Part shown: piece after piece, positions 16,181 to 25,193 of the stretch
How positions within the stretch are numbered: the stretch's first letter is position 1
Layout of the letters: each line of letters opens with the position of its first letter
Assembly: GCA_030059665.1 (NCBI GenBank)
Contig: JANVYR010000001.1
Span: 595,548-627,547, forward strand
Direction of reading: 5' to 3'
Length of the DNA: 32,000 nt
Source: Candidatus Calditenuis fumarioli
GTDB lineage: Archaea; Thermoproteota; Nitrososphaeria_A; Caldarchaeales; Calditenuaceae
Program-made: the position numbers and the translations under genes
Notes under the pieces: generated by a model
Seen by the model: the letters and a program-made list of their open reading frames with translations, nothing else
Database searches by the model: none
Told to the model about the DNA's origin: nothing

Positions 16181-16355
16181 GGCGGGCCGGCAGAGGTGGT
16201 CGCCGGGGTCCGGGGGAAGCCTCGGGCTCGGGTGCCCCGACCGGTACCAGGGCCCGAAAGGGTGCCGCAGCCGGAAGGGGTACGGGCGGCTGACGCTCAC
16301 CGGCGGCAACTGGGAAGGTGGGCGTGAAGCGCCCGCGAACCGCCGAATGCCCGTC
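16181..16355 (+). ncRNA. Unassigned structured RNA candidate (closed four-helix fold)
   Basis: Terminal helix 16181-16191 / 16342-16355 (11 bp, 3-nt bulge). Inner helix 16195-16205 / 16301-16311. A 10-bp hairpin at 16206-16229 with a GAAG loop. A long imperfect hairpin at about 16237-16289 capped by GAAA (16256-16259). A 7-bp hairpin at 16318-16336 with a UGAAG loop. An AT-rich TATA-like stretch lies about 25-30 nt upstream. There is no coding potential. The strand is inferred from the GNRA/GNAR loops. Confidence 0.35.
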
Positions 16356-16367
16356 TCCGTTCTCCCC

Positions 16368-18656
16368 TCAACCGAATTCCCTCACGAGCTCCCAGAGGTA
16401 GTTTGGCTTTGCGGGCGACCCGTCGATCCTCAGGGGCCAGAGCGCGTCCTCGATCGCGTTCATCACCGCCTGCGCGAACCCTATCGTGGCCGCCTCCCCC
16501 ACGCCCTTCGTCCCGAGGACGTTGGGTGCCGGCGTAACCGTCCTGTCCAGCTCGAACCTCGGAACCTCCGCCGCGGTCGGGACCAGGTAATCGGTCAGCG
16601 TCGCGGTCAGTGGCTGCCCCTCCCCGTCGTAGACCACCTCCTCGTGAAGGGCCTGGCCCAGCGCCTGCACAGCGCCTCCTATCAGCTGACCCTCGACCAG
16701 CATCGGGTTCACCACGTTGCCGCAGTCGTCCACCATCACCGCCTTCAGCACCCTGACCTGGTACGTCTCGGGATCGACCTCGACGACGACCGCGTGGGCG
16801 CCGAACGGGTACGTCAGCCTCGGCGAGTGGTGCGCTGAGGCCTCGAGTCCGGGCTCGATCTCCTCGGGCAGGGAATCCTCGTCGTGTGCCGCCGCGGCGA
16901 CCTCCCTGAAACCGACGGATCTGTCCTCGTGGCCCCTCACGTGGAACCTCCCCCGCTCGAAGACGACGTCCTCGGGCCTCACCTCCAGGAGGTGCGCGGC
17001 CACCCTCACCATCTTCTCTTTGACCCTCTCGCACGCGGCGATGATCGCGGCCCCTCCCGACGTCAGCGTCCAGCTCCCCGCCGTTCCCCCTCCCTCGGGC
17101 GCGGTCTCCGTGTCGCCGTACAGAACCCTGACGTCGTCGAGCTCGATCCCGAAGAAGTCGGCCACCAGCTGGGCGAAGGCCGTCTGCTCTCCCTGGCCGT
17201 GGGGCATGGTGCTGGTGTAGACGGTCACCCTGCCGTCGCTCTCCACCTTCACGCGGGCCGACTGGGAAGCGAAGTTGCAGACCTCCACGTAGGCGGAGAG
17301 CCCTATCCCCACGAGCTTCCCCTCGGCCCTGGCCCTCTCCTTCAGGCCCCTCATCTGCCGGTACCCGAGGAGGTCGAGGGCCCTTCTCAGCGCCGCGGCG
17401 TAGTCGCCCGAGTCGTAGGTGTGCCCCGTAACGGTCCTGTAGGGGAACTCGTCACGTCCGATGAAGTTGCGGAGCCTCAGCTCAGCCGGGTCGATGCCGA
17501 GCTCCCTCGCGAGGCGTTCGACGGTCCGCTCGATGAGGTAGGATGCCTCCGGCCTTCCAGCCCCCCTGTAGGGCCCCGCGGGGACCTTGTTGGTGTAGAC
17601 GCCCACCACCTCGCCCTCTATGCCCTTCAGCCTGTAGGCTCCCGGGAGCATGCTGAGGACGCTCAGGAACGGGGCCTTGGTGAGGCTGTAGAGGTAGGCG
17701 CCGACGTCGCCGAGGATCCTCGCTCTGATGCCGGTGAGCAGGCCGTCCCTCCTCGCGGCCACCTCGATCTCAGCGACCACGCCCCTGCCCTGAGTCGACG
17801 CGGTGAGCGACTCCGACCTCGTCTCGACCCACTTGATGGGCCTCCCGAGGAGCCTCGCGGCCGCTGGCACCGCCACGTCCTCCGGGTAGTGGGCGATCTT
17901 CGACCCGAAGGCCCCTCCGACGTCGTGGACCACGATTCTCAGGTCGCTGATCGGGATGCCGAGGGCCTCTGCAGTCCACCTCCTCAGGTCGTGAGGGAAC
18001 TGGTGCGTCGCGTGGACCACCAGCCTCCCGGTTCCCGGCTCCGGAACCGCCAACACTCCCCTCGTCTCCATGGGCACCGCCGCGAGGCGCTGGATCCTGA
18101 ACCTGTACCGCTTGACGACCTCCGCCGCACCGAAGGCCCCTTCCGGGTCACCACCGGTCCTCCTGTGGGTGAAGGCCACGTTGGTGCCAAGCTCCTCGTG
18201 GACCAGCGGAGCCCCCTCGCTCAGCGCCCGCTCCACGTCCGTGACCGGAGGCAGCCTCTCGTACTCGACCTCGACCATCTCAGCGGCGTCGTAGGCGACG
18301 TACCTGTCCTCCGCTATCACCATCGCCACCGGCTCCCCGTAGTACCTGACCTTCTTCGAAGCCAGCGGCCAGGCCCTCGGGACGTCGCTGCCCGCGTCCG
18401 TGCTAACGGGCCCCGCGTGCCTCGCCATCTCCTCCGCCGTGAGGACGGACACCACTCCCCTCATCCTCTCGGCCCTACTCGCGTCGATCGACCTGATCCT
18501 CGCGTGGGCAACCCTGCTCCTGACGAAGGCCGCGTACAGCATGCCTGGAACCCTCAGGTCGTCGAGGAACGTCCCTGTGCCGGTCACGAACCGCCTGTCC
18601 TCAACCCTCGGAACGGGTCTGCCCACGTACCTGAGCGACGCGAACGGCCAGCTCAA
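16368..18656 (-). CDS. Molybdopterin-dependent hydroxylase large subunit (xanthine dehydrogenase / CoxL form II-like / aldehyde oxidoreductase family)
   Basis: 762 aa. N-terminal GRPVPRVEDRRFVTGTGTFLDD and the active-site loop PAGPYRGAGRPEA (the AYRGAGR type, not the form I VAYRCSFR). TTGA overlap with the upstream gene. Confidence 0.8.
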   Translation of the reverse strand: MSWPFASLRYVGRPVPRVEDRRFVTGTGTFLDDLRVPGMLYAAFVRSRVAHARIRSIDASRAERMRGVVSVLTAEEMARHAGPVSTDAGSDVPRAWPLASKKVRYYGEPVAMVIAEDRYVAYDAAEMVEVEYERLPPVTDVERALSEGAPLVHEELGTNVAFTHRRTGGDPEGAFGAAEVVKRYRFRIQRLAAVPMETRGVLAVPEPGTGRLVVHATHQFPHDLRRWTAEALGIPISDLRIVVHDVGGAFGSKIAHYPEDVAVPAAARLLGRPIKWVETRSESLTASTQGRGVVAEIEVAARRDGLLTGIRARILGDVGAYLYSLTKAPFLSVLSMLPGAYRLKGIEGEVVGVYTNKVPAGPYRGAGRPEASYLIERTVERLARELGIDPAELRLRNFIGRDEFPYRTVTGHTYDSGDYAAALRRALDLLGYRQMRGLKERARAEGKLVGIGLSAYVEVCNFASQSARVKVESDGRVTVYTSTMPHGQGEQTAFAQLVADFFGIELDDVRVLYGDTETAPEGGGTAGSWTLTSGGAAIIAACERVKEKMVRVAAHLLEVRPEDVVFERGRFHVRGHEDRSVGFREVAAAAHDEDSLPEEIEPGLEASAHHSPRLTYPFGAHAVVVEVDPETYQVRVLKAVMVDDCGNVVNPMLVEGQLIGGAVQALGQALHEEVVYDGEGQPLTATLTDYLVPTAAEVPRFELDRTVTPAPNVLGTKGVGEAATIGFAQAVMNAIEDALWPLRIDGSPAKPNYLWELVREFG

Positions 18657-19468
18657 ACCCCATTACCTCGCACACACTGTTCCCGGATCGACTTGAACCT
18701 GTTCCTCGCCCTGCGGAGTTGTGAGGGCAGGGCGCCGCGCTCCAGGAGGTCCAGCGTCCGCTCGCACTCCCTCAGGAAGGCCCTCATCACCCTCATGGAC
18801 GCCGCGGAACGCATCGGCTCATCCAGGTAGAAGGAGTCGGATTCGGAGAGCGCGATCTCGACGAGTCTCATCAGCGCTCCCATGCTGTTGGTGGGGAGGG
18901 GCTCAGCGGCCGACCTGGACAGGGCGAGGGCCGCGGCGAGGCCGATGAAGTGCGTGAGACCGACCGAGTAGCGGACGGAGGCGTCGTGCTCCCTCAGCCC
19001 CATCGTGATGACCCTCGTGCCGGGGAGGATCCGATCGATCACGCTCCTCTCCGCTTCCTCGTCACCGGGCTCGACGTGGACCGCCACCGTACCCTCCAGG
19101 TCCTTCGTCCTCGGACCGAAGAGGGGGTGGAGCATCACCACGGTCATCCCTTTCCGCCGGAGGCGCCTCACCTCCCCCGCGACAGGCCCCTTCAGCGCCG
19201 AGATCTCGACGACGAACCCGTACCTCTTCGGAAGGGAACCGAGCTCCCTCAGCGCTCCCCTCGCTGCCCTCGACGGTACCGCGACGATCACCCCATCGCC
19301 TCCGCCGGACTCCCGGAGATCCCCTATCGGCCTCCCTCCCACCTCGGACGCAAGCCTCTCTGCGGCGTTCCGGTCGACGTCGTAGAGCTCAAGGGAGTGC
19401 CCGAGGGAGCTGAGGTGCCGCGCGAACCACCCTCCCATCTGGCCGCAGCCGACGACGAGGAGGCGCAA
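18653..19468 (-). CDS. Prephenate/arogenate dehydrogenase family protein (NAD(P)-binding)
   Basis: MRLLVVGCGQMGGWFARHL Rossmann start, a later HPLFGP motif, and a helical C-terminal domain, as in TyrA-like enzymes. Confidence 0.55.
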   Translation of the reverse strand: MRLLVVGCGQMGGWFARHLSSLGHSLELYDVDRNAAERLASEVGGRPIGDLRESGGGDGVIVAVPSRAARGALRELGSLPKRYGFVVEISALKGPVAGEVRRLRRKGMTVVMLHPLFGPRTKDLEGTVAVHVEPGDEEAERSVIDRILPGTRVITMGLREHDASVRYSVGLTHFIGLAAALALSRSAAEPLPTNSMGALMRLVEIALSESDSFYLDEPMRSAASMRVMRAFLRECERTLDLLERGALPSQLRRARNRFKSIREQCVRGNGV

Positions 19469-19483
19469 GGCCGCGTGGCCCGC

Positions 19484-20290
19484 TCACTCGATGTAGGAGA
19501 CCCTGTCCCTCTCCTGCTCGTCGTACTCCTGCTCCAGCCCCCTCACCAGCTCCTTCAGGTCCTCGTCGCCCTCGACGAGCGAGTTGACCTTGCTGTCGAA
19601 GACCGCGGCGTCGACGTAGAGCCTCTCGAGGCTGAGGTTGATCTCGAGGACGGAGCTGAGCTTCTCGAGCACCGCCAGTACCACCCTCGGGTTCGGGATG
19701 TTCAGGTACGTGGGAACGTGACCCCAGAGCGAGAGCGCCTCCAGACCCTTCAGCGCGGAGTTGTAGATGATGTAGCTGTGCATGCTCGCGGGGCCCCTGT
19801 AGTTCGACGGGTTCATGCCGAGGGCCATGCACTTGGCGTAAAGCCTCCTGCTCGTGGTGAGGAAGGAGAGCTTCACCGGCCTGGTGTGCGGGGTCCGGTC
19901 GATGAGGCCGCCGATCGTGACGAGCGTCCTCGAGCCGAACGCGTCCATCAGCTCGAAGAGGGCCTTGACGAACTGGTCCCAGCCGTGGGAGAGCTCGTAC
20001 CCCGAGAGCAGGATCAGGTCCGCGTCCTTCCTCATGGCGTAGTGTATCTCCCACCCGGGCATCCTGATCTCCTTGATGAATCCCCCCTCGATGGTCACCA
20101 CGGGCCTGTGCTGGGTGTGGTCGATCAGGTCGGAGGTCTCGATCCTCCCCAGCTCCATCGCTCCCTCAGCCTCCCTCAGGTACGCAAGGGAGAGGGTGGA
20201 GACGTTCCCGGCGTCTGCCCAGCCTCCGAAGCCCATCACGGTGATCGGGTTCCTCATCTCCGGAGTCTTGTACAGCACCAGCCTGCTCAA
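19484..20290 (-). CDS. PAC2 (proteasome assembly chaperone 2-like) family protein
   Basis: 268 aa. The ITVMGFGGWADAGNVSTLSLAYL N-terminal motif is typical of archaeal PAC2/DUF75 proteins, and the C-terminal tail is acidic. Confidence 0.55.
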   Translation of the reverse strand: MSRLVLYKTPEMRNPITVMGFGGWADAGNVSTLSLAYLREAEGAMELGRIETSDLIDHTQHRPVVTIEGGFIKEIRMPGWEIHYAMRKDADLILLSGYELSHGWDQFVKALFELMDAFGSRTLVTIGGLIDRTPHTRPVKLSFLTTSRRLYAKCMALGMNPSNYRGPASMHSYIIYNSALKGLEALSLWGHVPTYLNIPNPRVVLAVLEKLSSVLEINLSLERLYVDAAVFDSKVNSLVEGDEDLKELVRGLEQEYDEQERDRVSYIE

Positions 20291-20351
20291 CCCAGTGCTA
20301 CCCCTTCACGTCCCTAATAGCTCTGCTACCTCGAAAGCTGGGGGAGAAGCC

Positions 20352-21083
20352 TCAATCCACCACGCCCGACATAGCCCTGTCGATCTCGTCGGCGTCCATC
20401 TTCTCGTACCTCTCGATCGAGCCGACGTCGAGCCAGAACTCCGTCACGGTGTACGGCACCACGACGAACCCCCTCCTGATCATCTCCGGTATCAGGTCCC
20501 TCATCAGGTCGGACCTCGGCCCCAAACCCTCGAGCAGGGCCAGCCCCCTCCCGGAGAGCGTCAGGACGCCGATCGTCACCATCAGCGGCAGCCTCGGCTT
20601 CTCCACCAGCTCGACGACCCTCTCCCCCTCCACCCTCGCAACGCCCACGGGAAGCTCGTAGCCGCTCGAGAGGGCAAGGACCGAGTCGGCCGACCTCTCC
20701 CGGTGAAGGTCGACCATCCTCGAGACGTTCAGGTTCGTCAGTATGTCGCCGTAGTGGACCAGCACGTCCTCCTCCGGCGAGAGGGCTCCGATCCTGATCG
20801 CGTTGAGGAGAGATCCTCCGGTCCCCGAGTACTCCTCTGTGTCCTCAACGTACGTGATGCTCCAGCCGAAGCGCTCTCCGGACCCGAAGTAGTTCCTGAC
20901 CTGCTCGCCCCTGTACCCCACGAGCACCACGAAGTCCGTGATCCCGTGCCTCGCGATGTTCGCTAAGACGTAGTGGAGCAGCGGCAGCTGCCTCTTCCCG
21001 ACCGGGACCATGCACTTCTGAAAGTAGTACGTCAGGGGCCTGAGGCGCTTCCCCTCACCGCCTGCGAGGATTACCGCCCTCAT
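20352..21083 (-). CDS. Sugar-phosphate nucleotidyltransferase (glucose-1-phosphate thymidylyl/uridylyltransferase-like)
   Basis: MRAVILAGGEGKRLRPLT signature (G.G.RL.PLT) and size typical of NTP_transferase proteins. Confidence 0.75.
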   Translation of the reverse strand: MRAVILAGGEGKRLRPLTYYFQKCMVPVGKRQLPLLHYVLANIARHGITDFVVLVGYRGEQVRNYFGSGERFGWSITYVEDTEEYSGTGGSLLNAIRIGALSPEEDVLVHYGDILTNLNVSRMVDLHRERSADSVLALSSGYELPVGVARVEGERVVELVEKPRLPLMVTIGVLTLSGRGLALLEGLGPRSDLMRDLIPEMIRRGFVVVPYTVTEFWLDVGSIERYEKMDADEIDRAMSGVVD

Positions 21084-21175
21084 CCCTTCCTCGAATGCGG
21101 TGTGCTCAGACCGAATTTAACCGTTGGAGAAAAGCTGTGAGAGTGAGGGTGAGGATTTGCGGAGGAGGTTTTGGG

Positions 21176-24100
21176 TCAACCGGAGACGCAGACGGACCAT
21201 CCGCAATCGGCGCACGTGACGCACCCGCTCTGGTGGATGAGCGTCCTGCTGCCGCAGACCGGACAGGCCTCTTGAGCGCCGACTTCGCCGCGGCCTCCAC
21301 CCGTTGATCCTTCCACCTCCTCGGCCGCTGGGCCCACCTTCAGGAAGACCTTCGCCTCCTCCGGCGACTTCTCCTCCAGGTGGCGCAGGAAAGGCGTCAC
21401 GTCGATCCCGAGCGACCTCATCATCTCGATCGTGTTGTTCCTGACCCTGAGCACGTACCTCTCGGTCCGCTGGGATGGCGTCACAAGGACCTGCCCGGGC
21501 TTCGACTGGTCCCTGTAGATCGTGATCCCCTTGAGACCGAGCCTGTAGGCGAAGAGGTAGGCCGCCTCGACGTCCTCCACGGTCACCCACGAGGGCATGT
21601 TGATCGTCTTGCTAACGGCCGCGTCCACCCAGAGGCCGACGTGGTACTGCGCCCTCACGTGGTCCCACCAGGGTATGTCGTAGGCCACCACGAAGACCCT
21701 CATCGCCTCCTCGTCGAAGAGGTCGTCCAAGCCCTGGATCGAGCCGCCGTTCTCCGCGACCCTCTTCAGGACCTCGTCGGTCTTCATGCCCCTCTCCTCC
21801 AGGTACCTCTCGAACTCGGGGTCGATGTAGTAGAAGGTACCGACGGTCACCCTCTTCTCGTAGACGAGCGCGAAGACCGGTTCGAGGCCCGAGCTCGTGT
21901 CGACGAGCATCGATATGCTCCCCGTCGGAGCGATGGAGAGGACGAAGCTGTTCCTGATCCCGTTCCTCTTTATCTCCTCCACGACCCTGTCCCAGTCCAT
22001 CGTCCAGAGCTCCCTGTGGTAGAAGCCCTCCAGCGGCAGATGGCCCTCGGGATAGCTGCTCTGCCAGTAGAGCGGGAACGGCCCCCTCTCCTTCGCCCTT
22101 TTGGCGCTCTCCATGTAGGCGTGCCAAGCCACGAACTCCATTACCCTCTGCATCGCCTCGAACCCCTCCTCGCTGTTGTAGGGGATCCTCAGGGCGTACA
22201 GCATGTCGGCGAGCCCCATTATCCCGAGGCCCACCCTTCTCGTCCTGTGGGCCATCTCGTCGATCTCCTTAAGCGGGTAGTTGTTGACGTCGATCACGTT
22301 GTCCAGGAACCTGTAGGCGATCCTGACGGTCTCCGCGAGGGCCTCCCAGTCGACCTCCGCCTTCCCGTTGACCCTCTTGACGAAGGCGTGGAGGTTGACG
22401 GACCCGAGGTTGCAGACCTCGTACTCGTACAGAGGCTCCTCACCGCAGTTGTGGACGAGGAGCCCGTTGGCGTCGAACGCGTTTATCCCCGGCACGGAGA
22501 CGTCGTAGACCTCCTCGACGCCGTCAGGGCAGACCGACTCCACGGTGGCGACGAAGAGCTCTCCGTTCGGCCTCCTCCGGTAGCTTGCCAGGTGCTCCAG
22601 CAGCTTCCTCCGCTTTTCGGTATGGGAGAGGCCTATCAGCTCGGCGAATCTGACGAGGCTCTCGTTCGAGATCACCAGCTCGTACTGCGGTGCCGTCTCG
22701 TACTCCCTGTAACCTCCGCGCCCGTCCGGCAGGGGTTTCACCGCGCGGTCCCTGCGCTTGTAGATCCTGCTGAAGATCCCGAGCCTGAGCAGCATCCGCT
22801 GGACGGATTTCAGGAATGCCAGATCGCTCTGCGCGAGACGCAGCGAGACGCCCTTCCTGTGACTGCCCTGAACCGAGCCGTCGCTGTCGAAGAGCGCCCT
22901 AAGGTAGCCCCTATAGAACTCGGACGATTGGCGCTCCAGCTCCGGAGTAACGACCCGTGCCCCTCCCCTCCCGGGCCTGAGGCCGAGCCTCGCGGCGAGT
23001 TCCGTGATCGCCGAGAGCCTCATGACGTAGCGCCCGCCGTGCGGGCCGATCCATCCGCCCCAGTCGCTCCTGTGGGGGAGGTGTGATGCGGCCTCCTCCA
23101 GCTCGAGCATCGTCTCGGCAGCCCCTCCGTCCGCTGCCCATACCGCTATGACTGCGCGAGTCCTCCCTCTTCCTCCGTTGGTGATCCAACCGTCGCCAGC
23201 CAGAGCTCCCACCAGCAGCCCCTCTTCGTAGCCCAGCTCCCCAGGCCATCCGGCGAGGGCCCTGTGGTCGTTCAGTAGGACCTTGTCCCCCGGTCTCAGA
23301 TCAGAAGCCCTGCACCACTCCCAACTGACCTCGTAGCTCCACCCGCCTCCGATCCATTTCCTCCTCACCGAGGTCACCTTCGCCACCGGATGGTCGCCCG
23401 TGAGCCGGAGCTCGTATCCTTCACGAGTGATGAGCCTCAGGACGGGTTTGACGCCGGTGCTGAAGAAGCCGCTCTCGGACCTGTAGACCCTTCCGTTTAC
23501 CACCAGGTCCACCGGTCGTCCGACCAGCTCCTTGACCTGCCTCGGCCCCTCTGCGGTCATCACCCACGTGTCTCCGGTAACGCAGGGGTTGGTAGCCCGT
23601 ATCTCGCCGAGCGCCTTCCTCAGGACGTTCCGTCTGTTGATGTTGTCCAGGAAGAGGACGCCTGGGTCCGCGGTCTTCCAGGCCATCTGCGCGATGAGCC
23701 TGAAGAGGTGCCTCGGGTTGACCCTCCCCCAGACCTTCCCGTTCCTCGGGTTGATCAGCGGGTAGGGCTCGTTCCTCTCGAGGTGCTCCCAGAACGAGGG
23801 CTCTATCAGGACGCTGATGTTGAAGTTCTCCAGGACGCCCGGCTGCTCCTTCGCCCTGACGAACTTCTCGATGTCAGGGTGCCAGACCTCGAGGATCCCC
23901 ATGTTCGCTCCCCTGCGCTTCCCTCCCTGCTTGACGACGTCGGTCACCGTGTCGATGATCCGCATGAACGTCACAGGCCCCGAGGCCACGCCGGATGTCG
24001 ATGCCACTATGTCTCCCTCGGGCCTCAGCTTCGAGTAGTTGATCCCAATCCCTCCACCGCTCTTGAAGATCATCGCCGCATCGGTGGCCGCCTTCATGAT

Positions 24101-24979
24101 CGATTCCATGTTGTCGTCTATCGGGAGGACGAAGCACGCCGACAGCTGTCCGAGCCTCGTCCCGGCGTTGAAGAGGGTCGGGCTGTTGGGCATGAATTTC
24201 TTCTCCGCCATGAGGTCGTAGTACCTGAGGTAGTCGGCGGCGTGGTCGTCGAGCTCTCCGGACCTCAGCATCTCCAGGAACCTCGAGAAGGGAACCCTCA
24301 TCGCTCCCTCGGAGTTCAGCCGGTCGTAGAGCGCCTTCATCCGGTCCAGGTGCCATCGGTTCCAGGTGAAGAGGAGGTTGCCCTCGCTGTCCCTCAGCCC
24401 GAGCTTCCCCTCCCAGAGGACCGGGTCGAACTCCTCGTTCGGGTGGACCGGCTGGCCCCTGTCGACGTCGAAGACCCTCGGGTCGTAGAGGAGGTCCGGG
24501 ATCACCACGAGCGCCGCGATCCTCTGGAACATCTGCTTCGGTCCCTCGATGAGCTTCCCCTCCTCGTTCCTGAGCAGGTACCTCGAGGCCATCAGCCTGA
24601 GCGCGTTGACCGAGAAGCGCTTGTCCACCTCGTCCAGGTAGTCCTTCTCCAGTATCCGCATCTTCTCCTTCCTGATCCTCTCCCTCTCCTTCCGGTAGAG
24701 GATGTAGGCCTTGGCGACCTCGTACAGGTCGAACTTCACCAGCGTCAGCTCCACCAGGTCCTGGACGTCCTCGACGTGGGGGATCCTCTCTGTCCCGAAC
24801 TTCTCGGCTATCAGCTGGAGGACGTGCTGCGTCACCTTGTCCAGCAGCTGCTCGTCGAGCTTCCCCGTGGCGACCATCGCCTTCCTTATCGCGTTCCTGA
24901 TCCTCTCGGGATCGAAGTCGACGACCCTTCCGTCGCGCTTTACGATCCTCTTCACCGGGTACTGCTCAACGTCGTACAT
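21176..24979 (-). CDS. nrdJ: Adenosylcobalamin-dependent (class II) ribonucleotide reductase with N-terminal ATP-cone, one intein and a C-terminal zinc ribbon
   Basis: ATP-cone VKRDGRVVDFDPERIRNAIRKA, followed by PNSPTLFNAGT and SACFVLP motifs. The active-site NP-C-GEEPL motif is split by an intein. The C-terminus has CPVCGS...CVTCADCG. Confidence 0.9.
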   Translation of the reverse strand: MYDVEQYPVKRIVKRDGRVVDFDPERIRNAIRKAMVATGKLDEQLLDKVTQHVLQLIAEKFGTERIPHVEDVQDLVELTLVKFDLYEVAKAYILYRKERERIRKEKMRILEKDYLDEVDKRFSVNALRLMASRYLLRNEEGKLIEGPKQMFQRIAALVVIPDLLYDPRVFDVDRGQPVHPNEEFDPVLWEGKLGLRDSEGNLLFTWNRWHLDRMKALYDRLNSEGAMRVPFSRFLEMLRSGELDDHAADYLRYYDLMAEKKFMPNSPTLFNAGTRLGQLSACFVLPIDDNMESIMKAATDAAMIFKSGGGIGINYSKLRPEGDIVASTSGVASGPVTFMRIIDTVTDVVKQGGKRRGANMGILEVWHPDIEKFVRAKEQPGVLENFNISVLIEPSFWEHLERNEPYPLINPRNGKVWGRVNPRHLFRLIAQMAWKTADPGVLFLDNINRRNVLRKALGEIRATNPCVTGDTWVMTAEGPRQVKELVGRPVDLVVNGRVYRSESGFFSTGVKPVLRLITREGYELRLTGDHPVAKVTSVRRKWIGGGWSYEVSWEWCRASDLRPGDKVLLNDHRALAGWPGELGYEEGLLVGALAGDGWITNGGRGRTRAVIAVWAADGGAAETMLELEEAASHLPHRSDWGGWIGPHGGRYVMRLSAITELAARLGLRPGRGGARVVTPELERQSSEFYRGYLRALFDSDGSVQGSHRKGVSLRLAQSDLAFLKSVQRMLLRLGIFSRIYKRRDRAVKPLPDGRGGYREYETAPQYELVISNESLVRFAELIGLSHTEKRRKLLEHLASYRRRPNGELFVATVESVCPDGVEEVYDVSVPGINAFDANGLLVHNCGEEPLYEYEVCNLGSVNLHAFVKRVNGKAEVDWEALAETVRIAYRFLDNVIDVNNYPLKEIDEMAHRTRRVGLGIMGLADMLYALRIPYNSEEGFEAMQRVMEFVAWHAYMESAKRAKERGPFPLYWQSSYPEGHLPLEGFYHRELWTMDWDRVVEEIKRNGIRNSFVLSIAPTGSISMLVDTSSGLEPVFALVYEKRVTVGTFYYIDPEFERYLEERGMKTDEVLKRVAENGGSIQGLDDLFDEEAMRVFVVAYDIPWWDHVRAQYHVGLWVDAAVSKTINMPSWVTVEDVEAAYLFAYRLGLKGITIYRDQSKPGQVLVTPSQRTERYVLRVRNNTIEMMRSLGIDVTPFLRHLEEKSPEEAKVFLKVGPAAEEVEGSTGGGRGEVGAQEACPVCGSRTLIHQSGCVTCADCGWSVCVSG
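22448..23584 (-). mobile_element. Intein (379 aa) with LAGLIDADG homing-endonuclease domain inside nrdJ
   Basis: Begins with Cys466 (CVTGDTWV) after ...ATNP. Block B is LTGDHPV. The LAGLIDADG motifs are LLVGALAGDGW and YLRALFDSDGSV. It ends in LLVHN, followed by extein CGEEPL. Codon coordinates were checked against the nucleotide sequence. Confidence 0.85.
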
Positions 24980-25152
24980 CCGAAGACGTCACCACCGATT
25001 GGGGCCTTATGCGGGTTTCCCTCACGACCCACTCTGTGTACCCCTCGGCCCGTGATAAAGACTGCACGGTATGACCGTCGCAGATTATCAGGGAATGGAT
25101 CTCGGGCGCCAGTTTGGCCAGAGCTGGACCCTGTGCCGTCTTCCGAGCTACC

Positions 25153-25164
25153 TTTTTTATAAGG
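25153..25164 (+). promoter_or_regulatory. TATA box (TTTTTTATAAGG) of the rpo7-spt4 operon
   Basis: A strong A/T box about 30 nt upstream of the ATG at 25194, consistent with a leaderless or short-leader archaeal transcript. Confidence 0.45.
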
Positions 25165-25193
25165 CGGTGCGGAAATCACGCCAAGTCGGGATC

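Noticed and set aside
16181-16355. Assignment of the structured RNA as a canonical archaeal SRP (7S) RNA or RNase P RNA.
   Set aside because: It is about half the length of archaeal SRP RNA and has no Alu-domain helices. The helix-8-like hairpin lacks the conserved AGCA opposite AGG. There is no GAGGAAAGUCC (CR-I) or ACAGAA..GGCUUA (CR-V) RNase P consensus. I kept it as an unassigned RNA candidate.
25071-25193. N-terminal 41-codon extension of the Rpo7 ORF.
   Set aside because: A strong TATA box (25153-25164) lies inside the extension, and Rpo7 homologues begin at the MFFLVRV-type sequence.
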